A stretch of 64,000 nucleotides of DNA, taken from NCBI RefSeq assembly GCF_006345805.1, contig NC_043008.1, positions 65,534,001 through 65,598,000 on the forward strand, read 5' to 3'. Positions 12,989 to 28,061 of this stretch are shown here, piece after piece. The first letter of the stretch is position 1; the number at the start of each line of letters is the position of its first letter. The stretch comes from Octopus sinensis. Taxonomy: Eukaryota. A program made the translations under genes and the position numbers. The notes below the pieces were generated by a model, which saw only the letters and a program-made list of their open reading frames with translations, searched no databases and was not told the DNA's origin.

Positions 12989-14566
12989 AATTGTTCAAGA
13001 GGAAAAGCAACTGGTGATCTAGGTCTCTTTGATTTAATACAAAAAATAGAAATCTAGCTAAAGGTATTTGTCAGTCACAGTAGTCTATTAGGAACAACAG
13101 GAACATGCTTCGTAGAATGTCTTTGATAAATTATATGAGAAATTTCAAATCGCAAAAACTACACCAATCTTGGCGCTTTGACTTTTAACAAAATTTGTAG
13201 CCAGAAGGCATATTTTTCCAAATAGAAATATACAAAGGTGTTTCTTTAGAAAGCTATTCAGAAACATATACATCATGCGTATATTTCCTTGTATTTGATT
13301 ATATTTAAATATTTTATGACATTTTTATTCTTTGTTGTTTTATAAATTTTGTATTGTTAATTTCTGTTAAATTTTTTAACCATTAAAAAGAGAGTACACA
13401 CATGTAACTGTCTCTAGATCCTTCTCTCATTCTCCGTCTCACTCTTTTTGTATACATATTCGTATACGTATGTATGTGTGTTTGTATATGCATCTATGGA
13501 TATGCATACATATATTTATAGATGAAAGTTGGACAGATAAATAGCTAGTAAGTTTGTTAAAAAGACAGACACACAAACAGACATATAGATACGTACGTAC
13601 ATACATACATACTTAGATGTGTATATATAAGCATGTGTTGGAATTTGTACATACATGTGTGTGTATGTATATATGTATATATTATGTGTGTGCATGCATG
13701 TATGTGTGTGTGCATCTATGGATATTTGTGTGCAAGTATGTATATGTGTGTGTTAAAGTAAAATGTAGAAAACCATGTAAACATTTTACTTAATATCATT
13801 GTATATTGTTCGTTCTAACTTCTGGTTTTGTCATTATACCAAATAGTCTGGTCCGAAGCAAAATATGAAACACTAAAAATATTCACCGGTGAAGTGTCTG
13901 GCTAATCACTAGTCCGGCAAGATACCACAGTTAACTTCCCTCAGCTCACACTGCACTCAATGACAACAACTGAAAATATTTATATAATGTAAGCTCTGAA
14001 ACGCCTTTCAGATTTATCTTCACCTTTTGTCTCCTTCTCATCTCAATTTCCCACTTTCTCAATCGCATTTCAGCATCTCTCCTTTGCATTCTCCGTCTCT
14101 CATCATTGCAGCTCTCATATCATTCATGTATTTTCTGCTTTATATTTCTCATTTGTTTCAATTTTCAGTTCGATATATTCCTCGGAGAACTGACAACACC
14201 AGACATATCATTTTGCAGTACTAAAATACACTAAAATTGCGGCCAAATATTATACTCCATATATTAATCACTGTCTTAAAAGAACGATGGAATCATTGCA
14301 GAACATATCCTTTAACTTTTATTTCTTACATGTTTCAGTCATTAGACTGTGCCATGCTGGAGCAAAATATCATATACTTTTGAATGGATTACTATTGATC
14401 GTAAGTTTGTTCAATAAGTATGATCCTGAGACCGAGCAACAAAAATGACACCAGCAAAAATATTAGAAACAAGTACGGGAGATGATCGAGGAATATTGTA
14501 AATGGTAATTCGCCAGTTAAATTCTCTACTTGCTTCCGATTACTACAGAGAATGCAAATTGATATT

Positions 14567-14967
14567 TACTCTTTTCTCTTTTACTCTTTTACATATTTCA
14601 GTAATTTGACTGTGGCCATGCTGGAATAACACCCTTTAGTCGAGCAAATCGACCCCAGGACTTATTCTATCGGTCTCTTTTGCCGAACCGCTAAGATACG
14701 GGGACGTAAACACACCAGCATCGGTTGTTAAGTGATGTTGGTGGGGGGGGGACAAACACAGACGCACATACACACACGCATACATATATATATACATATA
14801 TACGATGGGCTTCTTTCAGTTACCGTCAACCAAGTCCACTCACAAGGCTTCGGACGGCCCGAGACTATAGTAGAACACACTTGCCCAAGGTGCCACGCAG
14901 TGGGACTGAACCCGGAACCATGTGGTGCGTAAGCAAGCTACTTACCGCACAGCCACTCCTACGCCTA
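14567..14967 (-). mobile_element. tRNA-derived SINE (family B), near full length, with internal (TA)/(TG) tract
   Basis: Head TAGGCGTAGGAGTGGCTGTGCGGTAAG...GGGTTCAGTCCC; tail (GAGTAAAA)n. Confidence 0.85.
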
Positions 14968-15309
14968 TTGTTTATAAACTCAGCGTATTCTTTGTGTGTA
15001 ATTTCTAGGCTTACTATAGCTGTCATTCCTTATACTAAATTATGAATCTGAAACCATTTCAATCCCAATTATTGTGTGTGAGTGATGCTGACAGCTACAG
15101 GGAAGCATTGCAGTCATTATATAAATATTTCGAGTACTTTTGTAGTTGTGTTGTTATGACATTAGTTTTGCAATCACATATTTTTCAGTCTTCATCTTGA
15201 TATCATCGGCCAGTAACACAGTTAGCCATCTAGCGCACCACATACTTAATCACATGACAACCGATATTTTGTGAATGGAATAAGGTGGATGTTTCAGTTT
15301 GGGACTCGT

Positions 15310-15344
<35 letters not shown>

Positions 15345-15887
15345 TATGTGTGTGTGTGTTTGTGTGTTTGTGTGTGTGTCTATGTGTATCTGTCTGTGTA
15401 TGTGTGCGAATGTATATATATATATATAATATATATATATTATATATATATATATATATTGATAGAAATATTGTAAAAATATTTATATTTTTATACAAAA
15501 CATTGCTACTGATTTCCGTTACATTTATGGCTGGGTTATTGACTGAGTATACAGTCATTGATGTAGCAGATATTTTAAATTTAGTCTTTTCGCTGGACCT
15601 TGCTGATGAGGAACAATCAGTTTTACGTAACAAACATTTTCCGAAAACTTCGAATCTGGAGTACTAGGTTGTCCAATTCTCCAGCGTTCTTTCAAGAAGG
15701 CAGAAATTTTTTATATTCTCCGCCCGCACACATCTTTGCCTCTATACATTAAGTGAAGCTTCACCTAACGTCGAACGATTACCGACTGCTATTTCCCGCA
15801 AAAATTGGTACCTTGTTGTGCCACTATTTCCTATATATATATATATATATTAGCGGCCATAATATAAGAGTCAGTAAGAACAAGTCT

Positions 15888-17362
15888 AGTGTATTGAAAT
15901 ATTTATCATAGAATATTAACAAAACGTTGAGACAAGATATTTTATTTATATTTTGCTATATCTAATATCTTTCTTTCGTGAAAATTTCAAGTGAATAGGG
16001 AAAATGTTTCGTAAGTTATGAGAAAATAAACAAATAATCTTCCAAACTGCAATGGCCAAAAGTTCAGGGTCACTTAGAAAAATAATGAAAAAGGGAAGAA
16101 GAACAACAAAGAAACCCTTACTGTTGATATTGTGAAACATCCATTTACTATCAATGGCCATTTGACATCTGTTACCACAGGACTCAATTTTTTTACAAAA
16201 CGATGGAATAATATTGTTCCCCTCATTTTCCAATAATTTTCAGAATTCATCTTGGTTCTTCGAATTTCTCCTTCCAAACGGTTTTCATAGTGTTGAGATC
16301 GGGACTTTGAGGTGGCCAGTCCATGACATCAACACCTTCGTCACTCAAAAAAATCTTTGACTCCCTCAGAAGCGTGACAGGCAGCGTTGTTCTGTACGAA
16401 TAAGATGGTTGAACTGACAAGTATTGGAGATATAGAAGGGCATGTTGTCTGAGAATCTGCTTGTAGATTTCAGCATTCACAGTCCCTTGTAAACGAATAA
16501 GTGGACCAGGAACAGTAGAAGAGATCACTCCCCATACCATTACACTAACTCCGCCATATTTTACTGTCTTTTTCACACATGCACGAGATAACCTGTCGTT
16601 ACTTCTTCCGTCGGAACCAATCACATTAAACTTCGATTCATCTCTGAAATGAACTTGTTACCACTGTTTTCTCTGCCCAAACGACATCTTCATGAGTAAA
16701 ACAAAGGCTGGCTCTTTGATTTTTCTTGGAGATCAGGGATTTCTTTGCCAGTGCCCGAGCAAAACAACTGTTTTGCACGATACGTTGATATCGGAATTGG
16801 AGCTAAACGCGCGGGATATCTCAGTAGCACTCTTAGACCTATCCTGCAGTGACATTCTAACTATAACTAATCCTGCCTTGGTGAAGTTTTACGCGATCTG
16901 CCGGTTTCGGATTTATCATCTGTCGATCCTGATGACTCAAACCGAGCTACAATTCGTTGCACAAGATTTATAGACATTCCTCCAGTAGTTGCTATCACAG
17001 AATTTGACTTGCCTTCTTGGTGAAGACACACAGTCCTTTGTTTTTCATCACACCGATCGTCTCTCACAAGCTGCCATGTTTGCAGTAGAATGTTCTAATA
17101 AAATAGATCATAAGAAGTAGCTGTTAGCCCATTAATAGTCTTCTAAACAACAAATACCTCGGTTAGTAGTTCACATTTTTGTAATGACCGTTAACTTTTA
17201 GCTGCTGCAATTTGGAACATTGTTTATTTCTTCATAACATACAGAATATTTATTCTAGTCACTTGACATTTTCCCGAAAAATAAATATTAGATATATCTA
17301 AATGTGTGTAAAATATTTCGCCTCAACATGTTAATTTTCTGTAATAACTATTTCAATACACT
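15888..17362 (-). mobile_element. Tc1-family DNA transposon remnant with long (~190 bp) TIRs
   Basis: TIRs ~15888-16083 and ~17176-17362; transposase motifs FRDESKFN, KTVKYGGVSVMVWG, MDWPPQSPDLN. Confidence 0.9.
16120..17077 (-). pseudogene. Tc1 transposase, frameshifted
   Basis: ORF pieces 16867-17067 (HTH, GRSRKTSPRQD), 16247-16624, 15946-16233. Confidence 0.85.
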
Positions 17363-17367
17363 TGTTC

Positions 17368-17416
17368 AAAGCCTTGTGAGCGGATTTGGTAGACGGAAAC
17401 TGAAAGAAGCCCGTCG

Positions 17417-17480
<64 letters not shown>

Positions 17481-17498
17481 GTGTGTGTGTGTGTGGTG

Positions 17499-17567
<69 letters not shown>

Positions 17568-17775
17568 TGTCTCTGTATATGTCCCCACCAAATTCGCTTG
17601 ACAACCGATGGGGTTGTGTTTACGTCCCCGTAACTTAGCGGTTTGGCAATAGAGACCGATAGAATAAGTACTAGGCTTCCAAGGAATAAGTTCTGGAGTC
17701 GATTCGCTCGACTAAAGGGGGTGCTTCAGCATGGACGCAGTCCAATGACTGAAACAATTAAGAGAGTAAAAGAAT
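17368..17775 (+). mobile_element. SINE family B, 5'-truncated, abutting the Tc1 TIR
   Basis: GGATTTGGTAGACGGAAACTGAAAGAAGCCCGTCG + microsatellite + tail. Confidence 0.85.
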
Positions 17776-18141
17776 AACTAAAACAAAAGTATTGTCCAGA
17801 TTGAAGTTTTGGACGATATACTTTGATGGTTGATTTGTACACCACAATGATCTGCAAAGTTTTGAAACATACGATTTTTAACTTAATTTGCTAATCATAT
17901 GTAGCTATGCCTATCACTGAAACACACACAAGATTATTTAATGATGAGAAACTGTGCACTAACACAATCTTGCACTACAAATATCACTCACCACTTATTA
18001 ATCTGAATAGCTCCAGCGTTTTCATTTCCGTGTGTCATATATCACGGTACGGATCGAGACGACTCAGATAAGATTTCGATAATATTCAGTCAATGTCAGA
18101 AATTTTTAGATGGTATTATTTATCAGAGTAATGAAACATCG

Positions 18142-18347
18142 GTTTGAAATGTTGGCACAAGGACAGTAAGTCTAGCTGAGGGCAAGTCGATTACATTGAT
18201 CCCAGTTCTCAAATGGTACTTATTTTATCGGCCCTAAAAGGATGGGAGGCAAAGTCAACCTCTGCAGAATTTGAACTCAGAACGTATAAGAAGGAAGAAA
18301 TGCCGTAACCATTTTCTCCGGCGTGATAACGATTCTTCCGGCTCGCA
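18142..18347 (-). mobile_element. SINE family C
   Basis: Homologous to 36643-36895 (CGTTCTGAGTTCAAAT, CCTTT..CATCCTTT.GGG.CGATAAA). Confidence 0.8.
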
Positions 18348-20400
18348 GTCCAAGAATAATTAAATATCACTTTATTGAACATTTATCAATTGGATGATGC
18401 TAGTGTACCATCAAAAGAAAAAAATTATTTTAGAATGACAGACGACCCTCTTCATAGACAGATGAAAAAAAAATCTATGAAGGGCATTTTTTGAGGACGT
18501 ATTGTATTGTTCAAGGAGTTGGCGGCCAAAACGGAGTTTGAGTTTTTGCTTATAGAACATTTTACTTTGTACCGACAGTGTCTCCCACAATCTATTACTT
18601 TCACTTGAATTGCGATGAACAATACATTCAGTAAAATATGAACCAAGTACTTTCTATGTTCAATTCCCATCCCATGGATGTTAAATTCCATTTTCACTTC
18701 CCATCCTATGGATGTTAAATTGTCCACGCATCCTGCCAGGGATGATAGAGCAGGGTATCAGTTTACTACTTCAATAACTTAAGTAGAACGCACTCTCCGT
18801 TTAGTGCACACCACTAAATAATATGGTCATATGCATCATTTGTGAATCATATTATTTTATTTTAGATACTAACTTTATTTAATTATATGCTATTTAATTT
18901 ATTATCAATCTAATTTAGAAACAAAAATTATTTCATGAAAAATATAATTGAATACTAAGTCAGTTGTTGTCATGATTTAATAAAAATGTATTAGTAAAAC
19001 ACTTCCAAATTGTAAACGTTACTGCTTCACAAGGAATTGTCTCGGAATATTTCTCGATTTTTCCGTGATAAAAGCTTTTCTCCAGTACTCTCAAACGTTA
19101 TTTATTTTTGATAAGAATGTTATAACTCCTGATTAGCTGTGCACATGATGTCAGCTACTCTTACTATTTTATTCATAAGACATTCGATCGAAACATTCAT
19201 ACGCTGAATTCCGCGGTGTCTTACACGCTATTTGAATACTACAATGTATTTTAATTATCCTTTTCAATTAAAGTTAGCAATAAGCTTAATTATATGAATC
19301 ACTTGTCGAAAATACTGTACATTTAGCATGAGAACTTCGGACGCCAAGTGTGTGACTAAGCTTCTATTCGCAAGTGTAGGAGGTATTTTACCGATTCTTA
19401 CAAAATCTCATTTCCGCCATGTCAAATGCTTTAAGCTGTCTGTCTCTGTATAGGAAATTACCTTTTACAATATGTATGCAAACATGAGCTATCGACGAAT
19501 ATATATATATATATATCAGAAATGCGTACGCTTATCATACCTCTACATAATACACTTCACTCAATATTGCTTCAGTTCCCCAAGCTGTGAGCAATATATA
19601 CTAGTTTTTCGGAGAAGCGTTATCGGCAAAAGCCTGTATACTACACAAGTGATTTGAAACGTTTGTTAGGATAAAGTTAGTGATAATACCCGCAGCTTTT
19701 AATATTTGTTTATATGCATCACAAGTTTGTTATCTAGAGGAGACAATAAATGAAAGCTTATATGACCAAGAGCTATGTATAAAATTTCAATTTAAATCTA
19801 TAGCAGAAATTAACTCGCTTCTCTATTAATAACGAAGTAAATACGTATGCGGTTCAGGCACAGCACACAGAAATGAATTACGTGAAACCTAGCTCTAACG
19901 GTAAAACTTCAGTATTTAGGTTTTTCAAAAACAACTCAACCACTTCAAAACCTGAGCTCATAGAAAAGAATATAAATCTTGCTGTGAAAGATGACAGAGT
20001 GTGCGAACGTTCAGGAACTATTATCTAAGATATAGAATTTTAAAAACCAGATAATTTTACACAAATACTTAGCTGAAACCCATTAAAGATAGAAATCAGT
20101 TCAACGAGACTGGATTTCATGGCAAACGAAAACGATGTCATAACAACATTAAGATATATATTTTGTCGGTAAATAATAGACGTTTACTCTTCTGTACGGA
20201 GCGGTAATTTTGCCTGCTTGTGAAGTTCCATCCTGAGATGTTTGTGAGAAAGTACAGAACGAAGCGCACAGAATGTTAAGGAACGATTTGCCATCATTTA
20301 GCAGATTGGATGGAAATATTTAAAATGCAAATAGGGAGAGCGCTGCAAATCAGAGAAGTGCTGAGCAGTAGTTTAGGAAAGTTAAAATTGTCTGATTAAA

Positions 20401-20534
20401 TACATTATTTTCATTATTTACATTCGACGGATATTTGTCCTCATCTTGTTTGTGTAAATAACAAACAAGATGAGGACAAATATCCGTCGAATGTAAATAA
20501 TGAAAATAATTCCTCATCTCTTAAATATAGAACA
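20401..20534. mobile_element. 134 bp insertion with perfect 50 bp hairpin and 11 bp TSD
   Basis: Arms 20404-20453 and 20461-20510 are exact reverse complements; GTCTGATTAAA at 20390-20400 and 20535-20545. Confidence 0.9.
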
Positions 20535-20706
20535 GTCTGATTAAAGTTTATATGCACATAAGATGCCAACGAATGTCATTGACACACCATTGACCAATTA
20601 ATTTTTCGATTGAAATACTTATAATCATGCGTGTGTTATATATGTGTCGATATGTATGTAGGTGTGTGTACATGTGGTGTGTATTCTCTTATACACATAT
20701 ACATAC

Positions 20707-20759
<53 letters not shown>

Positions 20760-23152
20760 TGAGTGAGTGAGTGAGTGAGTGAGTGAGTGAGATTGAGAGA
20801 GAGAGTAGTTGTAGGAGTCATTAGAATCTAGGCGTATAAACAAGTACGATGCCAGAAATGGCTAGTTACAATAACATAAGATTCACCGTAAGCAAAATAA
20901 CCATGATGGTATTATGTGTAAATAGGATACTGTAGGTATGTATATATGTAAGTACCAAATCCAATTTAAACTGTAGATCCGACTCAGGGTCGTTTATGGG
21001 TGAGTCTAGGTTTAAGAAAACAAATGAGATTTAAAATTTACGACAGTTATTTCTACTGATTACGCTGTCTACAATTTAAGTTCCTCTATTTATCGTTTTA
21101 TTCATCATCATATTTCAGTATTTTAGGAGACCATTTATTAGTCCAGATACTGTAGAGATGACATTTTATTTTGCCCTTAGTCTAAAGTTTCAATCATATC
21201 TGTCTTTCCTATTTGCTCCCTCTCCTTTGAAGTTTCTTGTGGTTTTCCGACTATAAAGTTTTGTTTCGTTTATTTCTGTCCATCTTTTCATTATTATCTT
21301 TTGAAGATTTTCTTTCACGTTATTGATCAAATCTTTAATTGTTTTGATATTTCTCTCATATATTTGTCCTTATCTAAACCTTTATCCTCGGTTTAATTAG
21401 CTTTTAATTTGTGGTTTATCGCTTTCTACTTCATAGGGTAAAGCTCAAATACGATATTATGTTTCATTGAATCAACTGTACCCTCCCCTAAAATTTGATG
21501 GCTTGGTGCCAGCGATTGTAATGTTTATTATGTATTCTGTCTCCTTGTAAGAAATTTATTGTTCATCTTGTGCCTTCTCTGTGTCATACAATAACATCTT
21601 TTAATTCTCTCCATACACTTCTGATCAACTATAAATAAGCCTAGTCAAGCATTGCAATGGTGTCCCAGTTGTGATCACTCCTTACTGATGCATGTTAGAC
21701 AAATATATATATAATTCATGCACATAGGCCTATGTTGTCCTACGTAATCTTGTCTTTTTTTACGACGTAAGTTTTATTTTAAAGGTATTTAGCGCTTATT
21801 GATCGTAAGCTGATTAACCGTGTAGATGTGTCCTTCATTTTTTCATATTTTTAACAGTAATTACACGAGATACAATGAAAAAGTTGTTTATTTTGAATAT
21901 ATTGCAATACTTGCAAGAATATACTGTAAAACTTTCAATGTTAGATGACGAACATTTTTTACCTACAGAGCGAATTACTGTTGCTTTGATTAAGAGAAAA
22001 CGAAAGAAAGAGACAGGTGAGGGCAGAAAAAGATACACTATCGTAAATTGTTGAGTTTGATGAAATGCCTAGCACGACAGGATAACCATACAGACAATCA
22101 AAACCATAGATCTGGAGCCAAATTTGTTTGAAGAATTCTTACTAAACATTGAAAATGTTAAAAGACGTTGAACAATGTAATTCTCATGAGAAAACATGGT
22201 GGATAGAAACAAGATTATATCATTAAATGATAAATGTCTGTGCCTATCTCAGTTAGATGTATTTCTGAGCTCTAGGAAATGCATGAAGAAGAGCTGGAAT
22301 ATATCAGATATGCATCTCTAATGAAAATAACTAAAATGTGAAAAAAATATAAATAAAATACAGAAAGTAGAATTGAAGGTTCTCAAACAAGGACTTGATG
22401 TGGAACAGTACAAGCATTGTAGAAATGATTGAGACACTTAAAATATACAATTAGCACAATGTCATGCAGTGTGCCACCAAATGATATGTTGTAGGTTGTC
22501 GTTTCTCTGAGGAATACATCAAACTGAAATTTAAAACGTTCAGCTACATAAGAGAGTTTACTGCCAAAAGAGAACACTTTTTCAGGAATGTCATTGCAAT
22601 ATATGAGGAATTAAAGCAGAAATTATGGGTAAAGGGCAGTCAAAGAACGAAGGGTTGAAGAGAAGAAGGAGGAGGAAGAGGAGGCAGTGGACGGGCGATG
22701 ACTGGAAAGAGGGGGGAGAGTGCAGGGGAGGAGAGGGATAGATTGCAGGACTTTAAGTGAGAGTTTGCTTGAGCAAGTGAAAGATAAATTAGTGACATAA
22801 TGAGGATAAAAGTGAACGAGAAGTCCGTGATTTACAGGAACATGGAGGGAAGGGGCTAAATACAATGATATGGATATGTGTGCATGTGTATGTGTATATG
22901 AGAGTATAATAGTATGCTTATGCATTTTCGTGTGTGTGTGCGCACGAGCATGTACTTGAGACTATGTATACACACACAGATAGGTATATATACATATATT
23001 TACGCTTAAACACTTATATATGAATATACATCTATATGTATCCAGAAATATATGTGCGTGTGTGTGTGTGTGTATATATATATGTGTGTGTGTGTGTGTG
23101 TAGATATATACACACATATATACATATATATGTATCTACATATATGTGTATG

Positions 23153-23223
<71 letters not shown>

Positions 23224-23248
23224 GTATATATATACAGAGAGGTGGAAG

Positions 23249-23462
<214 letters not shown>

Positions 23463-23940
23463 CTACACTGACGTGCAGAAAGAAATTTAAACGGAAAACG
23501 CTGACCTACAAGATAAACTAGTTAACTTTTGAATGTAATTATTATGTTTACCAACAATTCGTTTCGCTCTATCTTTGTTAGTCTATAAATCTATATCAAA
23601 CGAAAATCCCTGTGTTTACATTAAAATTCTTTTAATGTTGAAATTATTGTAAAGGATTTCTTCCGAGCATGCTCCTTTGGGAACCTATTCTGAAATTACT
23701 TTTGGAAGGAGAACAACTTGTATTGACTGTCAGTGAACGTATGTAACTTTTATCTTAAAATTACTTTCCTACATCTTCGAAAATGTCCAGACTTTTGATA
23801 ATTAATCACAAAATTTATCAAAGGTTGCATGTGTGTTTGTGTATATGTATGTCTATATGTATATATGCATATATATATATATACATGTGTGTGTGTATGT
23901 ACGTATATATATACATACATACATACGTACACATACATAT

Positions 23941-23971
<31 letters not shown>

Positions 23972-23972
23972 C

Positions 23973-24012
<40 letters not shown>

Positions 24013-24928
24013 GCATATATATATATTTATATATACATATGTAACAACAGGAACATAGGTCTATTTGTTTCCATTAAAGTTACGAAAATACACGTAGGAT
24101 GTAGGAGCTAAGAAGAGGACGAACAACAAGTATAACATAGTCAAGGTCGAGGACGGGGTGTAGGAGAAGAGGTAGGTAGAACCTGGAGAAGCAAATGAAT
24201 GCCAAAGATGTTTCTTCGGACAGAATTGCAGCCACGAAACCTTGGCTGATGAAGAAATTAATCTTTTGGTGTGCCATTAGAATCAAAGTAGGATTTAGTT
24301 GGCTTTAGCTATAGGACAGATGTGGAAAAAAACAATGGTATGCACACGGGGAATTATATATATATACATACATATATGTGTGTGTGCGTGTATGTGTGTG
24401 TGTCTGTATGTGTATGTATATATATATATATATATATATACACACAAACATACGGACAGACTCATACACACACACACATATATATAAAGAGAGAATTTCG
24501 TATAAATTACAAGAATGCACTTTTGCGTCAGCCTCCGCAGTGTGCTCGACAGACAAAATAGTATTAAGCTAAATTTCACATTAACTAGAGCTATAAATTT
24601 TTGAGTTTGATGAAATGCCTTTCGAAAGGTCTAGAAAGCTCGCCATGCATATTAAGAAAAAAACACATTTCCGATTTCAGTACACCGATACGAATTTCTT
24701 TTTCTTATTTTTGTTATACATAAGTATATGCATGTGGGTTCTTCTGTTTCCTTATTGGCTTTAGAGTAAATTCTGGGCGGCCACCAACGCGGTAGCAACG
24801 TTGTACAGAAAAGTATGTGCTATTGACTATCATCCTTTAAATCTTAAGATACTCGTGAAAATGTTTATAGTTCCAGATATCGTGGTTCTTTGTAGCAGAC
24901 GGGCTGGTAAGCTTCTTGTCGTTCTAAT

Positions 24929-25310
24929 AATTTATTTCTTTACTACCTACAAGGGGCTAAACATAGAGGGGACAAACAAGGATGAACAAAGGAATTAAGT
25001 CGGTTACATCGACCCCAGTGCGTAACTAGTACTTATTTAATCGACCCCGAAAGGATGAAAGGCAAAGTTGACCTCGGTGGAATTTGAACTCAGAACTTAA
25101 CAGCAGACGAAATAGCTATTTCTTTACTACTCACAAGGGGATAAACACAGAGAGGACAGACAAACGGATTAAGTCGATTATATAGACTCCAGTGCGTAAC
25201 TGCTACTTATTTAATCGACCCCGGAAAGATGAAAGGCAAAGTCGATGTCGGTGGAATTTGAACTCAGAACGTAGCGGCAGACGAAATACCGCTTAGCATT
25301 TCGCCCGACG
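24929..25310 (-). mobile_element. Two tandem SINE family C copies
   Basis: Internal direct repeat ~24929-25115 / ~25116-25290. Confidence 0.8.
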
Positions 25311-25954
25311 TGATATCTTAATACCGTAACAGTTTTTCAAGCAGATCTCATGAGGGATAGTGATCGTCTCCATTTTAGATGAAGAAAATGATGAACACCA
25401 TTCCTCCATGTGATCAGATTGAAGAATTGTTAAGATATTAGGATATTTTTCTGAACATGAAAGAAACAGTACAGAAATAAAGGAATTTTATCCAGCAATG
25501 CGGTGTTTGGCACTCGTTCTCATTGTTCGAAATTTACGTATATATATAGCAGTTATAATATATGGAATCAAGTAATCCTGCAGTAGTCTTAGAAAAGGTC
25601 CTTAATGCATCGGTCTACAATGCATACAGAATGTATTGCACAATACAACAGAAAACGATAAGACGTGCATGCATGAAATTTTAAATGGCAGAGAAATATG
25701 ATGAAAATCTATTTAACAATGAAAAATTCAAATTGTTTTGTAAACTAAAGCATGTAAAGATAATTTTTAAAAGATTTTTACAATTTATATTCATGCAGAT
25801 ATGCAAGTAAATTATTTTATTATTAAATATAATAATATAAATTTGTTTACATGCTTTAAGTTGTGAAACAATTCGTTGTGACATTTGAATTTTTTTATAA
25901 TAATAATTCTTTATTTTGAACTCAAATATTTACCTCTTTTAACCATCACACATC

Positions 25955-26002
25955 GTCTCTGATGAAGGACTATCCATAATATCGCAGAAACAGCTGTTAG
26001 AC
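25955..26002 (+). ncRNA. Type I hammerhead motif, stem II decayed
   Basis: GTCT CTGATGA AGGA...TCGCA GAAA CAGCTG TT^ AGAC. Confidence 0.7.
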
Positions 26003-27206
26003 TACATCTATATCTTTTCCCTTATAAATGTCTTGAAAACTCCTCACAGCCTTGGCTTTTTTCTCTCATTTTCTCTAATGTATATATGCGTGCTAATACA
26101 AGACCCACATTATATTCCTCACACGTATCACTAACGAACCAAAAGTTTAGGTACAGTCTGTTCATACAAATTAGCGTTATCTGCTACTTTTTGGGTCTTC
26201 TAGATACCAGTACCTCTTCATAGCCTCGCTATATATATACATACAAATGTGTGTGTGTGTGTAATATAAATAATATATATATATATATGCATATATACAT
26301 GCATATATGTACTTACATACATATATATGCATATAGATACGTATATATGGGTACAGGACGTCATAAAACGTAAAGAATATGAAATACAAAAGTAAAGTTG
26401 GGTACGCAAATAACGAGAGAAACGAATGGAAAGCAAGAAAAGTAACGTAAAAACAGACCCTTCATCATTTGTCGGATCTCCTTCTATTCCTTATTTCGAT
26501 CAATGAATGACAATATAACAATTTGAAGGCAGTTGCTCCCGCGAACCAAAATAAAATTTGAGATTTGCGGAGTATCAAAGTTGGTAACAAAAACAGGACA
26601 CACACAAAAAAGAAAACAAACCAAACTAAGTCAGAGAGGGCCGTTAGTCCAAGACGAGGTAAGGTAGCGAACACTGGAAGAAGATTCTTTGATAAGAGAA
26701 AAGATAGGAGAGGAGACAGATAAGAATGCGTCTGGACTGTGACAGATTGAAGAAAGAGAAAGATGATCAAGTGAGGAAAGGTAAGACGGATGAAGGTCAC
26801 GTGTGAACAATAAGAGAGAGAGAGAGAGTAAAGGCGGTAGAGGGGGAGAGAGACAGATAGAAAACGGTGAAGGGGCGAAAAAGAATTAGAGAAAGGATGA
26901 GAGAGAAAACGAAAGGGAGGATGGTGAGAGGGGTTGCTATGCTAAGAGATGTAAAATTGAGCTAGGAGGAAAGAATGATCAACTAGAAGGAGGAGGTGAT
27001 ACTTGAGGTAGGTGTGAGGTTGTGACAGTCTGACGCCATAGTAGGATCATCCTCAAGTATCACCTCCTCTATCTACCTGTTCATTCTTTCCTCCTGCTCT
27101 AAGCATATCACCACAACTCACAACCCTACTACGGCGTCACCCAGTCACATCTCTCAATACTATACCACGACCATGTTGTCTGAGATACACCAATATCTTT
27201 TATATA

Positions 27207-27735
27207 TTGGGTCATCTCATAAATAATGCGGTGTTTTTATAATTCTTTTAATTGTTTAGTTAACATAAAGTTCTTTCTTAATCTAAAATATACTCGCCTT
27301 CATTTTCTGCAATGCTCTTCCATCTATGTAGTAGACTTGCAAGGCTCCTCTTCCAAAATTCACTTGACCGTAACGAAAAATACTTCTCAACTGTTCTGAT
27401 GTCTTCTACAGAATTCACATTTTTTTCCGTGCGAATGACTTTGAAGACTGCAGAATAAATGATAATCAGATGTCGGCGCATATGATGGATATGACATCGT
27501 TTCCCATTCAAACTGCTCCAGCCTTTCGAATGTTATCGTCGCTGTATGTGGCGATGCATTATCCTGATGGAAGATCACCTTTCCCCTTGAAACCAAAGAT
27601 AGCCGTTTCTTCTAGCACTGATTAAGCTGTTCAAGTTGCTCGCAGTAGATCTTATTTGTTATCATTTGCTTTGGGTTTAAAATTCCAAAGTTCATGCAAT
27701 TGAAAAAAACCCACATTATTTATAGGGTGACCAAA
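27207..27735 (-). mobile_element. Internally deleted mariner element with both TIRs
   Basis: TA-flanked TIRs TTGGGTCATCTCATAAATAATGCGG / CCACATTATTTATAGGGTGACCAAA; FHQDNASPH...YPSYAPTSDYHLF. Confidence 0.9.
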
Positions 27736-27743
27736 TATATATA

Positions 27744-27790
<47 letters not shown>

Positions 27791-28061
27791 GTGTGTGTGT
27801 GTGCGTGTGTCTGTCTCTGCACGTGTATATATATTTATATATATATTTATATATAGGTTCAAATAAAGATTACAAACCTCATTCAGGGATAATAAAATCC
27901 AATGAAAATAATGGTTAGTTATCTATTCAAAAAGTGTTGAATATTACAATTAATATTCAATGGCAAGGTAACTAGATAAACCGTGGTTTATATATATTTA
28001 CAGAAGATAAGAAAATAATTAGATAATTGATAAATAATTATTTATTAATAAAAAAATTTAC

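Noticed and set aside
15490-15830. Non-repetitive segment with a mostly open minus frame, faintly cadherin-like
   Set aside because: Contains stops and lacks DRE/DxNDN motifs; no confident homology.
18452-18727. 91 aa ORF with KYL motif and 21 bp tandem duplication
   Set aside because: Too weak to assign; possibly LINE debris.
26395-26475. Possible minus-strand hammerhead (ATGATGAAGGG...CCC)
   Set aside because: Core mutated and no GAAA after the stem.
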